From: Curvularia clavata
Lineage: Eukaryota
Length of the DNA stretch: 64,000 nucleotides
Reading direction: 5' to 3'
Assembly: GCA_023920165.1 (NCBI GenBank)
Contig: CP089275.1
Coordinates: 868,001-932,000 of the forward strand
Shown here piece after piece: positions 1 through 12,500 of this stretch. The notes below the pieces were generated by a model, which was given only the letters and a program-made list of their open reading frames with translations, was not told where the DNA came from and did no database searches. Made by a program: the position numbers and the translations under genes. The stretch's first letter is position 1. Each line of letters begins with the position of its first letter.

Positions 1-752
1 CCGTAGAGGGCGCCAAGGAAGGCGCTGTCTGTCCAGGTATGTAATACAAAGTTGTGAACATTTGTGGCTTCGACAAACTGACTCGGCTGCCTCCATGTTT
101 AGTTACGGGACAAAAGCAGCTTGCTTAGGCATCCTTGTCCAGGCTGACCAAGGGCCCTGCTGTATAACTGGCGTTTGGGTAGGATATGAGAAATATATTT
201 CTGTGAATTCATCCGGTTGTGCATGCCTACGCATGTCTCTTGACTATTTTCAGATGCATCTATGGTGACAAGTGTGAATGCTGGGGTAGGAACTGGCACC
301 ATAGCCATGTGTACGATTGCCAGTGGAACAATGCTGGTAGAAACAGAATCCCCCTCCCCGCGAACTGGACCTGGTTCGAGCTCACCTTGGGAAGTGGGCC
401 AAACACGGTCGGTTCTAAATACTCGATCTGGTTTATACCTTTCGGGAACACTACCAAGGGAATTGCGACTGTGCGCAAGGAAATTGGCGAGCAAACAGTG
501 ATACCAGCCACCTTTGTTGAAACGGGCAAGAGATGGATTTCGAAGAACACCAAAGCTAGTTATGCGCAGGCCTGGACCATTTCACTGGCCAGTGGTCTGA
601 CTCTGGATATCAAGTCTTTTACGGGAGACCAAGAACTTTGGTCGGCTGATTTGTCTACCGTTGCATTCGAAGGGTTTGTTGAAGTACAGGGAAACAAGAA
701 TGGTAAACCAATTAGCGGATTTGGATTGGTAGAGATACTACCACGTCTCTAA
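1..752 (+). CDS. 3' part of an AttH/CrtC-like (kievitone hydratase-type) lipocalin-fold protein; 5' end outside the window or degenerate
   Basis: ORF 219..752 contains YDCQW (cf. family WYDRQW), NWTWFEL, RWIS...Y..AWTI, DQEL and AFEGFVEVQG...GFGLVEI, typical of the C-terminal barrel of this family. Upstream exon structure unresolved. Confidence 0.55.
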
Positions 753-1054
753 ATTTTAAGCATGAAGTAGTGCCTCGCATTAATGGATGCAAAGACGTCA
801 GTATATGTATCATGAGACAATTCTTATAAAACTAGGATCTTACTCACCCGCTGCATATATTGTGTCTAGTTGCATCAACTTTTATGCTCTTGTCACATCA
901 CGTTGTCGGCTTGGCGTGGTGTTACTCGCGTGACCTCGGCGCCCCGCACCAATCACTTCCTTTCGTCGAGTACTCGATCGGCCCTCAGCCAACCCTTTCG
1001 TAGAAGAGAGAAGCCTTCCTGTTACTTGCAACGGTCGGAAACTCTGGCTGGGGC

Positions 1055-1410
1055 TCAAATCATGCCTCCTGAAGCCTTGAAACTGTCGGATATGGTGCCC
1101 TCATTTTCGGTGGCGAAGATCACACGATTCAGAGGCACCCAAGACTGCGCAATATCGTTTATGAGACAGGCGCTTTTGTCGTTCTGGAAAACCAGTCCAA
1201 TCTGCTGACCGATTTTCAGGAATGCCGCGGCATATACCCCACAATCTTCCCCAGCCGGCTCTTGTTGTTCCACAAGTATGCATGGTCGGTATTAAATACT
1301 TTCCAAGAGCCGCATAGTGCTGTGTCATGCGCAGCTAGCGTTAATTTATCCTCATCGTGTCATTGGTTCTTTTTACTGCCTTTAGATGAAAACACCAATG
1401 TCGCACTCTA
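1055..1410 (-). pseudogene. Disrupted Ulp1/SENP-like (peptidase C48) cysteine protease fragment
   Basis: Minus strand reads RVRHWCFHL (catalytic His, HW at ~1395-1400), then after a stop and frame change YRPCILVEQQEPAGEDCGVYAAAF (Q..DCG catalytic Cys motif). Confidence 0.5.
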
Positions 1411-1594
1411 CCTTGTCGGAAGCCAAGGGCTTTTCTTCCTGCGCTTTACCCCATCATATGTTTGAAAGCATGCACTGTGTATATACAGTCGCGGATCCGG
1501 GCTCCTGGATGCATTTGTCTTCTGGTCCATCAAATTTCTGTCAAATCTGTCGTATTGCTCCTAGGCTCGCAATTGACAATCATCGGCAACATGT

Positions 1595-2662
1595 ATGCGG
1601 TCCCCGTATTATTCACTCAATCTGCGTAAGTATCTAAAACGCAGTCCACAATTGCATCAGCTCACGATAAAAAGATTTGAAACTCCATATTCCAGACTGA
1701 AAAATGGCGGCATATCTCCAACCGCGCCGTCCATCTCGTCGTCCGCCTCTTCAGATATTTCGTTCGGGTGTCTTGATCGGAGAGACTCCACTTCCTCGAA
1801 CGTGTCTACTGCAGCCTCTTCCACGGCTTCTATAAAAGAGAGCCCTCCCCCTAAGCATCGAAAAACACTCTCCAATGGATCCATCTCTCGGCGCCTACTT
1901 CAGAAACGTAAAACACATCAACCTCGACAGCAGAGTGTTTCGTTACCAACATCATCTCCCGTGACAGCCTTGTCGCCTCCGGCGCCAGCGTCTGTGGCGA
2001 GCCCGCCATCTCCATCCACCACAGAAGTAAAGGGCTCTGATTTGGTCGTTAAATGCAGAAACCGAACTTACAATTGTGACCGAGCAATCATGTGCTACCA
2101 TTCACGATGGTTTGCTAGAGTATGCGCCATTGTCATGTCTCCAGTAAGCTAGCTCATGTCCCCAATACGACAAAGCTGACAAAAGCAGAAATCATCAAAA
2201 GGCGCCATTGATTTGAGTGCAGATGATCCATGTGCTGTGGGGGCGATGATGCAATACTGCTATCAGCTTGACTACGACCACCTGGCGAGCTCTGACGAGG
2301 AAGTACCTGAAGTTGCCACTCTGCGCTCGCATGTCAATGTGTACATGCTAGCAGAGCGATATGGAGTTGCAGGATTGAGGGCGCTCGCAATGCAAAAGTT
2401 CAAAGACCTCGCAGCTATGGTCCTGGACGAAGACGGCAATGAGGATCAGCTTCAGTCTGCAATTCGCGCTATTTTCGCCCCAGATCGCATTGCAAACGGC
2501 GACGAGCTCAGGCATGTGATGGTGAAGTTGTGTGCGGATCACGTGCAAGCTTTCATTCACGACACTGGCAAGAAGATGTCTCTCGTGTACGAGTCAATGG
2601 AAGAATTTCCCGAATTCAGAGTAGAGTTGTTTGAAGAGATGGGGTCCCGTTGGCGGTGTTGA
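1595..2662 (+). CDS. BTB/POZ domain protein with Ser/Pro-rich N-terminus (2 exons)
   Basis: SDLVVKC..TYNCDRAIMCYHSRWF. Intron 2144-2188 (GTAAGC..GCTGAC..CAG, phase 0; alternative in-frame donor at 2120) joins to IDLSADDPCAVGAMMQYCYQLDY...HVNVYMLAERYGVAGLRALA. Confidence 0.8.
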
Positions 2663-2920
2663 ACCAGCCTCTTTGCTAAGGTGCCGATGACGAGAAGCAA
2701 ACAGTCGTTTGCCCTATCACCAACGGTGAATCCAGTGACTTCACATTCACCACGCCACTCACACTTAGTGAGATCCACGTCCCTCTAAGCGCGTTACGCC
2801 ACTACAAACGCGTACGTTGCGCGACTTGAGCCAGCAACCGCCTCGACGGTCATAATTCGAGAGAGGTGTATCACTCATTTTCCTCCTACAACCCACACTA
2901 CACTGCAGTAGCCAGCCGCA

Positions 2921-4132
2921 ATGGACCCAAGAGATCGTAAACGCGTCTTTAGCAACGCCTTCGGCCCATCCAACCATCCGAATCCCAAGGTATCTCGTAC
3001 CATGGCTGGCTACGCTGCCAGCTCCGAGTCCTCGTCCTCGCCTCTGGTTTGTTTAACACCCATGAGGGAAACAGAGGTTCATCAGACACGAATGCTCACA
3101 ATAGTTCTCAGTTGCCCGCGCGATCGCCATTGGACTCTCCAACCCGCTCAAACTTCAACGTAAGCTTCAGTGATGACGATGTATTTGGATGCCACTCTCC
3201 AGGCGAGCCAGCCATCTGCAAGGAGCGACCTGACGAAGGCAAATTTGGACCGCCTGTCCTAGGCTTCCAGGAATTGTCACTGCATGATGGACCAACGACT
3301 CCGCTGCCGCAACTCCATCAATCGCACATGCCTGCGGCCCATACAAGCGTTTTCATAGTCGAATCAGGCTCCCTGCAGCAGTAAGCACCCCCTCGCATCC
3401 ACATTCAGACAAACCTGTTCTAACTCTAAACAAAGACTGTTTCCCTACATCGACCCAACCGATGTAGTCGTTTGTTTCAACCAAGGCAAGCAAGCCGTGA
3501 AAACGAAGAGCTATCTTCTCAGCCAAGCATCCCCGTTCTTCGCAGCCATGCTCAACGGTCCGTATCTCGATGGCCACACACGCTGCATCCGTCTCCGTAA
3601 CGACTTCCCACACGCCATCACGGCCATGATGCAGTTTTTGGAACATGGCGTTTACGTCCTCACCATGGCTTTGCGCATAATGCACACCAAGCTGACGATG
3701 CTCGATCTGCACGTCCATGCCTACGTTGTGGGTGCCAAATACACCGTATCTAGCCTTTGCCGCCACGCTGTTAACGAGTACATCAACATGAGCCGCATGT
3801 TCCTCAGCAGGGCTCTCGGCTGCGTCGACGAACAAAACAGAGGCGATAGAGCGTTAGAAATGGATTATGTTCTCAACTCGCTTGTGCTAATCTGGCGCAA
3901 CACGCAGCACCGCGACGACGCTTTGCGCCAGGCAGTACTGGAACTGATCAAGCCGAACATCAGTCAGTTGCTGCGTAAGCCGTTTTTTCGGACGCTTCTG
4001 TTTGAACTGACGGGCTTCGGGGATGATCTTCTGCAGAGTCTGGTGGAGGATGGGTTCGATATCCGAGTGCGGGTATTTCCTGCCGAGCTTGGATGGCTGG
4101 AGGACATCGGTGTTAGATTTGGTGATTTTTAA
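2921..4132 (+). CDS. BTB/POZ domain protein (probably 3 exons)
   Basis: Intron 3381-3435 (GTAAGC..CTAAC..AAG) gives TDVVVCF..KSYLLSQASPFFAAML..IRLRNDFPHAITAMMQFL..HVHAYVVGAKYTV..L. First intron (3047-3111) and start codon less certain. Confidence 0.75.
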
Positions 4133-4670
4133 GTGCATGGGAGTTTGTTCGATGGGTATGGGCAATGTCGTGAATGCTTTCTAGGCGTTGCTCAATAAGT
4201 ATCATGTCGAATCTCAAGTGTAGAGTCATGGTGGACTACGGCGGACTGGCCTTACAGTCTTTTGTAGCACACCCAAAGTGATTTTTAATCATAGGGTGGA
4301 ACCTTGATAAACAGTTGTGAGCCTACATTTCCCGCATCTTGGATCACTTGAGAGAAGATAAGCTTGGCCGGGAGAGTTTGTGGCTTGTGGTAGCTTGAGC
4401 CACACGTGGCTGACAACGCGAGAATAGACGCGTGTCATCTACTACTACAGAGATGGAAGTTTTAAGACGTTGATAACATTGATGGTCTAGTGATATGTTT
4501 GACCCTCCTGCATGCCCATGCCGTCGTTGCTTCAAGGCTAGACACGGAATGGTAGCAAGAGAGACAATTTACTCTTCGCGATCCGAGTGGAGTTCAATCG
4601 TCCATGGGAGAGCAGGACGAGACCTCAAAGAAGATGGCGTGTCTACAAAATGAAACCATGGATTGGTCCC

Positions 4671-5129
4671 TTAAATCTTGACAAATTTAGTATGCGAGCC
4701 CGTGGCAACAACGGGACCAGGCTCGCCGTCAACTAGCTTCCAGATGGTCACAGAAGTGAAGGCGAGGGTTCCGCCCACTTTGCTTGCTTTGCCCTCAATC
4801 TCTATCGTGTCGCCATCCTTGGCGCCACTCTGATAAGAGACGTGGATGTCGGTGGACACGCCGGTTTTTGTCCTCTGGTCCCAAGCCGCGATGGCGAGTC
4901 CACCGAAGCAGTCTATGATAGTTGCCGACGTGGAGCCATGTATGCTCCCATGCGTATTGAGATGGTTCTTGGTCAGAGGCAGCCGTGCGCGCACGACGCC
5001 CTTGGATGCGTAGGTCAGTTTGAGGTCAGAAAGAAGAAATTCGTAGATGGGGCTGCTTGGCTTGCGGGCCTCCCAAAACTTGACAACGTGAGCCAGTGTC
5101 TCGGCGTCACTGGGAGTCTCAATGGCCAT
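4671..5129 (-). CDS. Hotdog-fold acyl-CoA thioesterase (PaaI/ACOT13-like)
   Basis: HLNTHGSIHGSTSATIIDCFGG and GVSTDIHVSY..A..GD.IEIEG..KVGGTLAFT motifs; single exon from ATG 5129. Confidence 0.9.
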   Translation of the reverse strand: MAIETPSDAETLAHVVKFWEARKPSSPIYEFLLSDLKLTYASKGVVRARLPLTKNHLNTHGSIHGSTSATIIDCFGGLAIAAWDQRTKTGVSTDIHVSYQSGAKDGDTIEIEGKASKVGGTLAFTSVTIWKLVDGEPGPVVATGSHTKFVKI

Positions 5130-5395
5130 GGCGTAGATATAAGCGACGGAGTGGACGAGTGCAAGGTTTTTGCTTGTGATGAGGGGAAGATTTTGTACCA
5201 AGGTACAAAGTACGGAGGCGGCGTACCGGTGCTAAACTATTTTCGCACCCAAGCACGATCAACACCGCTTGTCACGTTTCACCCCACGTCTGTCCGCCGC
5301 CCAAGGCGCCACATATATACAGTCTGCTGCACCGGACAATGCTGGACAGCACGCCAGCACATCCCCCAGTACTGTAGAGCCGATGGTTGCCCACC

Positions 5396-8300
5396 ATGAC
5401 CATGAGCGACGCCATTGCACCATCACCTACACCCCCGAGCCCGCCCATGTCCGCAATCGAACGCATCCATGACTCGGACCCGCCGCAGGACGGCGCTGCC
5501 CTGGTGCCAGAGGGCTCTGCGACAGAAGACCATCCAGATTCCAGCCCCAAAGAAGAGTCAAACACGCTGCCGCTCGACGTCAAGACGCTCACCGACCGCG
5601 CCCTGCACTTCTTAGCGACTGCTAGCAACGAGACGTTAGGGGCGTGCCTCGCTGGACTAGGCGCAGGCACCTATCTTATACTCGGACGCGTTGGCCTGGT
5701 TCTTATAGGCGTTGTGGGCGGCGTCGTTTTGCATGCAACGTGGGAGGGCCACCACAGCGATACCCGGGGCGCGGCAGCAAAGAGTGCTGAAGCCAGGAAA
5801 CGCGAGTTGGGGGCCGACATAGCCCAGCGACTTCTCGACTGGCGAAACTCACACACCCAAGATGCGACACAGCAACATGACACCTACGATCTCAATGTGC
5901 AGCTGTACTCCGGCAAGAAGCTCGACTACTCCGACTTCAGGCCGGAGACGGCGGCTGCACTGACGGAGCTGACGGATGCAGTCATTCGTGACTATGTCAA
6001 GTATGTCCTCCAAGTAGTCCTTAGATACTCCTCTAATACACTGCAGGTGGTGGTACTCACCCCTACTGCCCACCGAAGAAACGTTTCCCAACTCGTGTCG
6101 CCAGACCTTGACCGCTTTCGTACTCTCCGTATCTGCACATGTCTCCCGCAAGCGACCAGCCGACAACTTTATCGACTTCGTCACACGCTCTGCCTCCTTC
6201 ATCATCATATTGCTGCAAGAGATTGCCACGGCTATACAGGCGTCGCCGGGCGATGTTCCCACTGAAGCAGTCGATCTCTATCTCAAGATGAAGAGGGACA
6301 GCACCCTAGCCAACATCCTCGATCCCGACTACCAGGCGAAGCAGTTCAGCGTGGCTGCTGAGGACATACTGCAGAACTATCTGGACCCAAAGACATACAA
6401 CTGCATGCCAGCACGCACCTTCTTGCACCAGATACTAGCCAAACTTGTCCTGGAAATGATAGTTGTGAGCTGTTCAAGGCCCGAATGGATCAACGGATGG
6501 ATTGTCCAGCTTTTGGAAGAAGGCGAACCTGAGCTCCTAAATGCCATCGATGCCGGCGTCGAGGGCTCATCTGGACAGCTGCAAAGTGACACGGCAGATG
6601 TAGAAAAGGCATCAGACCAAGATACAGCATCTCTAGCGGAAAAGAAGGAACACAAACGCGTCGTGAGCAAAGCCCAGGAAGCCATGGATGACGCTATGCG
6701 GGAAGCTCAGCGTTTGAGCCAGATGATTGCCGAAGAAGACGCAAAACGGCTTCGGGAGCAGAATAGGCAGAGCGCTTCTACTTCAACGCTGAACGACGAT
6801 CAGTCCGAGAGCACTACCCAAGGCATCGTCACCCCATCGTCTTCAGCAAGTGACACGCATGCCGACTCCGAGCTCGTAGACTTGGGCATCTCCGGTCTTT
6901 CCAGCGGATCAATGTCAGCTGTCGCACCGTCGCCTCCGCCAAAATCGGCCGAAGAGATTGGAAAAGAAGAGGAGGCCAAACAGACATTTACTAGCTTTGA
7001 TCAGCTCGTACTGCCTCAGCCACCAACCGCATTGATGGATAACCCCACGCCTACGGAGAGGCCGCCACCACTGACACTACACAACAGCACAATGTCTATC
7101 TTCGATGATAGTATGCCTGGCGAAAAGGGTAACATCAAGAGCAAACCAACTGCCGAGTACTTGATTCAAATTGAACCCAAATCGAATCACCACACCGGGT
7201 GGATGACGGCACGCAAGTACAGCGAGTTTGAAACCTTACATGAAGTCATGCGTCGTATAGCAGCCATCACCGGAACAACTGGGTTTAATGAAGCACACCC
7301 CACGTTACCAGGCTGGAAAGGCCATACCAAAGCATCGCTGCGTGGTGAACTAGAACGCTACCTCAACCATGCTGTGCAATACCAACCACTTGCCGAAAGC
7401 GAGGGTATGAAGCGCTTTTTGGACAAAGAGCTCGGCTCTGGAAAAACTCCAGGTGGCGGCTTTCCTGGAATGAACTGGGCTGGTCAAACCTTCGACACAG
7501 TGGGCAAAGGTATGCTGGGCGTACTGACAAAGGCTCCCAAGGAAGTCGCTGGTGGTGGCAAGGCGCTTTTTGGTGGAGTGAGCGGAGTGCTAGGCAGTGT
7601 AGCAGGGCCGCTGGGAGGAAAGAAAAACCGCGAGTCGGTCAGCAATGCTCCTGCTACCGCTACACCATCTGCGAGCCCTGCTCCTAGCCGCACTTCGACT
7701 ACAACAGCACCTATCCAAACACGGCAGAATAGGGCAGAATCGACAGTATCTGAGCTACCCAAGCATATCCGTTCTGAGAGCAGCATGTCTCTGGCAACCA
7801 AACGCACATCAATGGATTCGATACGCGACCCAAATTCGCCTGTCATCGATCAACAACCAGCACGGGAAGCTCCCATGGAACGGCGACCTTCTTATAATCC
7901 CGACGGCGATGGCAAACGCTCTGGCAGATCATCCAGATACGGCTCAAGGAACAACAGCCGTGCGCCAAGTACACATGGAAAGATTGAAGATCTTAGCCCC
8001 ATGATGGGAGGTGACCAAATCTTGAATCTTCCACCCATGCCTAGCGAGATCCCCGACGATTACAACATAGTGCGCAATCCCACTGAGCCCACACACAGTC
8101 AAAAGCCTTCACGGACCTCCATGGACTCCGTACCCTCTCTACCCCGCCGCACCTCCACAACGTCCCTTGCTACATCATCGCCTTCGAAATCTTCACTCAA
8201 AAAGACCCGCACAGAGCCAGCATACACGCCCCTTTCAGAAACCGAAACCACCGTCATCATCGAACTCTTCTTCGCAGTCATCAATGAACTCTACACCCTA

Positions 8301-8723
8301 TCATCTGCCTGGACCCTCCGCCGCACGCTACTCAACGCCGCAAAGACATATCTTCTTCGGCCCAGCAATCCGCAGCTCTCATCCATCACTTCCCTCCTAC
8401 AAACCACAGTCCTAGATGACAACACGTCCGACGCCGGTCTCGCGTACCACATTCGCAAGATTCGCGAAAACGGACTCCCGACCGAGGAGGAGCTCAAGAC
8501 ATGGCCCGAGCCCATGTCGGACGACGACAAGGAGAAGCTCAGGGTAAAAGCTAGAAAGCTGCTAGTCGAAAGGGGTATGCCGCAAGCACTTACAAGTGTC
8601 ATGGGTCAGGCGGCAAGTGGTGAGGCTTTGGGTAAGGTATTTGACTGTTTGCAGGATCAAAGAGTCGCGAGAGGCATCATGTTTGGTTTGGTACTACAGG
8701 GCTTGAGGGCTGTGACGCAGTGA
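5396..8723 (+). CDS. Membrane-anchored PXA-PX-Nexin_C sorting-nexin-like protein (Mdm1/SNX14-related architecture)
   Basis: N-terminal hydrophobic hairpin (LGACLAGLGAGTYLILGRVGLVLIGVVGGVVLHATW). PXA start LTDAVIRDYV|KWWYSP across intron 6001-6046. PX motif ARKYSEFETLHE. C-terminal LYTLSSAWTLRRTLL. Confidence 0.85.
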
Positions 8724-9548
8724 TGAAACCCCGTTGTTGAAATGTGTTTTCGGTATGACATGAGTTATGGAAGTTTACATCTTCCCTGTTCTCTTTATCT
8801 TTTTTTTTTCTTCTTTGGCGTTCTTAACCTTATGAAATGATTGCTGGGAAAGGAATATAAAGTCCCTTGTACTGTATGGTGTTTCTGAAGCGGATATAAA
8901 TATGTATAGAGAGAGAGAAAGATCCATTGTAATGTCTCGCATTTTCCATATCAAGTTTGTCACGTTCGCATTCCCAAGAAAGACGCCAGACAAAAGCACT
9001 AGAAAGACGAGGATACTGAAAAGTGTAAAGTTGGTATTTCCGGTCCCTAGGTATATATATCTTTTTGCCCTCCATGCACTTCTGCATCCTAATATTGTAC
9101 AAGTTTGCGCCCTGTTTGTAGCGCAGCATTTGCATCGTAATCTTCTCGCCAACATCCCAATGTGTATAATGCGTTGTGAGCAGATACCCGTCATACCAAC
9201 AACAAAAAAATAATTGCTCTCAACCATCAATCTTCACGCAAATCCATACGCCATCCAATGCCTATTGCATTCGTTCCTCCAAAAATAAATTACATCCATG
9301 TCGAAAACCCAATCAAAACCAAACATAAGGTATGATAGACGCAGAGGATATAAAAGGCAATACACGTCTAATGCATCCGTGATAAAAATCCAATAATGGC
9401 TCGGTCCAGTCCGCCCAGAAGCATGTACTGCCCCAGATTGCGCCGTTCGCTGATGCTGTTAGGGGCGGTAATAGTGAGGCCCATGCACCAATAATGCATA
9501 GGTGTATATGTGTCGTGATAAAACGTGAAAAATAAAAGCCATCTTCTC

Positions 9549-12500
9549 TCACTTCTTCGTCATGAGAGGAGGTGGTTTCGAAGGATCGGCCGGATCCAGG
9601 AATTTGGTCATAACGATAGAGAGCTCTTTGAACTCTACCGGCTTCGTAACGTACGAGTTGAAGCCCGCTTCCGCGCATTTGGCATACACGTCTCCGAGAA
9701 CGTTCGCTGACAGCGCAATGATAGGGTGACGGCGGTATCCATGCTTCTTCTCCCATCGCCGAATCTCTTTGCAGGCTTGGTATCCGTCTTTGTTAGGCAT
9801 GTGTAGATCGCACTGAAGCATGTTAGCGTTGTCCAGGTTGGCAATGTGTCTGTACTTACCAGAACGATGGAGTAATAACCCGGCGGCTTGGAAAAGATGG
9901 TCTCCGTAGCCTGAACGCCATCAAGTACTGTTTCTGTCTCGATATCGATTCTGGCAAGGAATTTCAGAATAACCTGAATGCAGTCAGTATAAGCAAACTC
10001 GCAGCTTCGTCAATCTATCTTACGGTTTGGTTGATTTTGTTGTCTTCCACCAGCAACACTTTGTGGTTCTTCCCGCCAACTCGACGTTTAAGTTCTTCGA
10101 ATACGAGCTTCTGGCTGACGACAACCTGCTGCGCGCTGTCCTGATTTCTGTCTGTGCTCGACTCGCGTTGTTTCTGTGGATCAAATATGATTGCAAATTT
10201 TGATGGCTTCAGCGGCCGGTAAACAAACTCCAAACGACGATCGCTGTGAAGCTGCTCATAATCGTACACGGGAGCCTCCTTCATCAGCTCCTTCTTCTGA
10301 GAAGGATCAGAAACAATGACGACTGATGTGTTGCTGTAAGACGCAGAGCTAAAGATTTGGTCGACGATGGCATGCACCTCAGCAGTGTCATGCAGCACAA
10401 GCACAACGTGAGTGAACAAGACGGGATTGTCACCGCCCATCATCTTCTGAGCGCCGATAATACTCGACTGTCCAGTAACCTGATGAGGTATCCCCTGAGG
10501 CAATGTGTTCTTAATATGCCTGATTGTAGCTTCTCTGCTGTGTTCAAGAGGGCACACTACCAAGATGGAATACATGGGAGGCTGCAGGGCACTGCCCAGG
10601 GGAGAAAGACTACGGTTTGGCGAACCTGAACGAACAGTTTTATCAGAGTCGACAGAAGTGCTCGATTCGCCTGGTGGAGTTTCATGTTCGCTACTTTCTC
10701 GCCTTGAGGGCAAGGCTAGGTTGATGTTCGAGTCCTGGGCTGGACTGGCTTCTCGCATGTAAGATGACGCAGAGGACCTTTCTGATCGCAAACTCGATTG
10801 CCCAGTAAGTGCAGCGCTTGTCAAAGAATGCTCTGAGCTTCCAGAGGAGAGGGCAGGCGAGTCTCGCGAGCGTTCAGATGTCGTTGTGCTAGGTGCAGGA
10901 GATTTGACCGACTCGCTCTTCTCCGATGATACGCTTGACATGCGCTTCAGAGGTGCATAACCAGGATGCTGTGATTGCACAAACTTCTGAAGAGCTGATG
11001 GCTGGAGCTGCTGTAGGGAGGCCGGTGGAGGTGCGATAGGTGGATCAAAGGCGGGCGTTCCTGGAGTTGACACTAGCGGTTTGGGATAATCGTCTGCAGT
11101 AGGAAGGCCAAACTTGATTGTGAAGAAGAAGGTTGAGCCCTTGCCTGGTGAGCTTCGAGCATCCATTCTGCCGCCATGAAGTTCGACAAACTGCATCGAA
11201 ATAGCCAATCCAAGTCCAGTACCGCCATGCTGTCTTGTGCTGCTGGCATCGATCTGACTGAAACGTTTGAACAAGTACTTGGCCTCAGCATCTGTGAAAC
11301 CTTGGCCAGTATCCACCACTTCGAATCGAATCATCGTCTCGTTGTCCTTTAGTGGCCGGGATCGGTCAGATGGATGCAGTTTGCATCGTATGAAGATCTC
11401 TCCGTGCTCGGTAAACTTGATTGCATTGCCGACCACGTTAAGCAGCACTTGCCTGATGCGAAATTTGTCGCCCTTGACCTCCGCTGGGACGCCCTCTTCG
11501 ACCAGGTAGTTGAGCTCCAGACCCTTTTGGATGGCCAGACCCATGTTGAGGTCGTTCACTTCTTCTAGGAGAGATGGCAAATGGAGCCACTCCATGGAGA
11601 GCTTAATCATACCCGCTTCAACCTTGGACAGATCCAGAATGTCGTTGATGAGGTTGAGGAGACTATCGGTACTGGCTTTGATAATGTTGACGTGCTCCAG
11701 TTGCTCGGCATTGAGTGCGCTGTCCAGAAGGAAATTGACCATTCCAGAGATGCCGTTGAGTGGCGTTCGGATCTCGTGCGACATATTGCTCAGGAATTTG
11801 GACTTTGCATCCATAGTCTCCTTTAACGTTTGCTCAAGCAGCTTGTGGTCGTTGATGTCTGTAGCTGTTCCATACCAAGTCTCCTCGTCACTGGTTTCCG
11901 CAAGCGATTTCTCTAGTAGGATTCTCACAAGATGCCACCTGTAATCGCCATCTTTGTTACGTAGTCGGACTTCAGTCGAATACGATGCCCGTCCGTGCGC
12001 GTCTTTGACAACTCTCAGTATGCCAGTACTTGCCAGTTTTGATAGTTTGGCTTGCGGCAAGTCCATTCTGTCTGGTGTTGAGCTGCTGGGACTAGCGATT
12101 GTCCTCTCGGTTTCTGACGAAGCGTCAGAAGCATTGGAGTCTTGCTGTCCATGTTCAGATGGCATAGACGTAGGCACATTAGCAACACCATGCTCATCTA
12201 GCTCTGGCAGCTTGCACTTGATGACGTCGTCAGGATGGACATGTTCCAAGAAGCCATTGCCAAGGGCCTGGTCCTCACTCTGGCCAGAAAAGGAAATCCA
12301 CTGTGAGTTGCAAAAGGTCAAGCCCCTCCGATCCGACACGACGAATACGATCTGAGGGCTCGAATTGGCCAGCGCGCGATACTTTGCCTCGGATGCAGCC
12401 GTCTCTTGTTGGCGAGCTGAGTTCTGTTCTGCAATGTGTTGCTCATGGAAATCCATGTTGGTGCCAATCCAATGCACAATCTGCTGGCGCTTGTTCCTTA

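Noticed and set aside
4842..5399. 185-aa plus-strand ORF
   Set aside because: Antisense to the thioesterase and spans the shared promoter.
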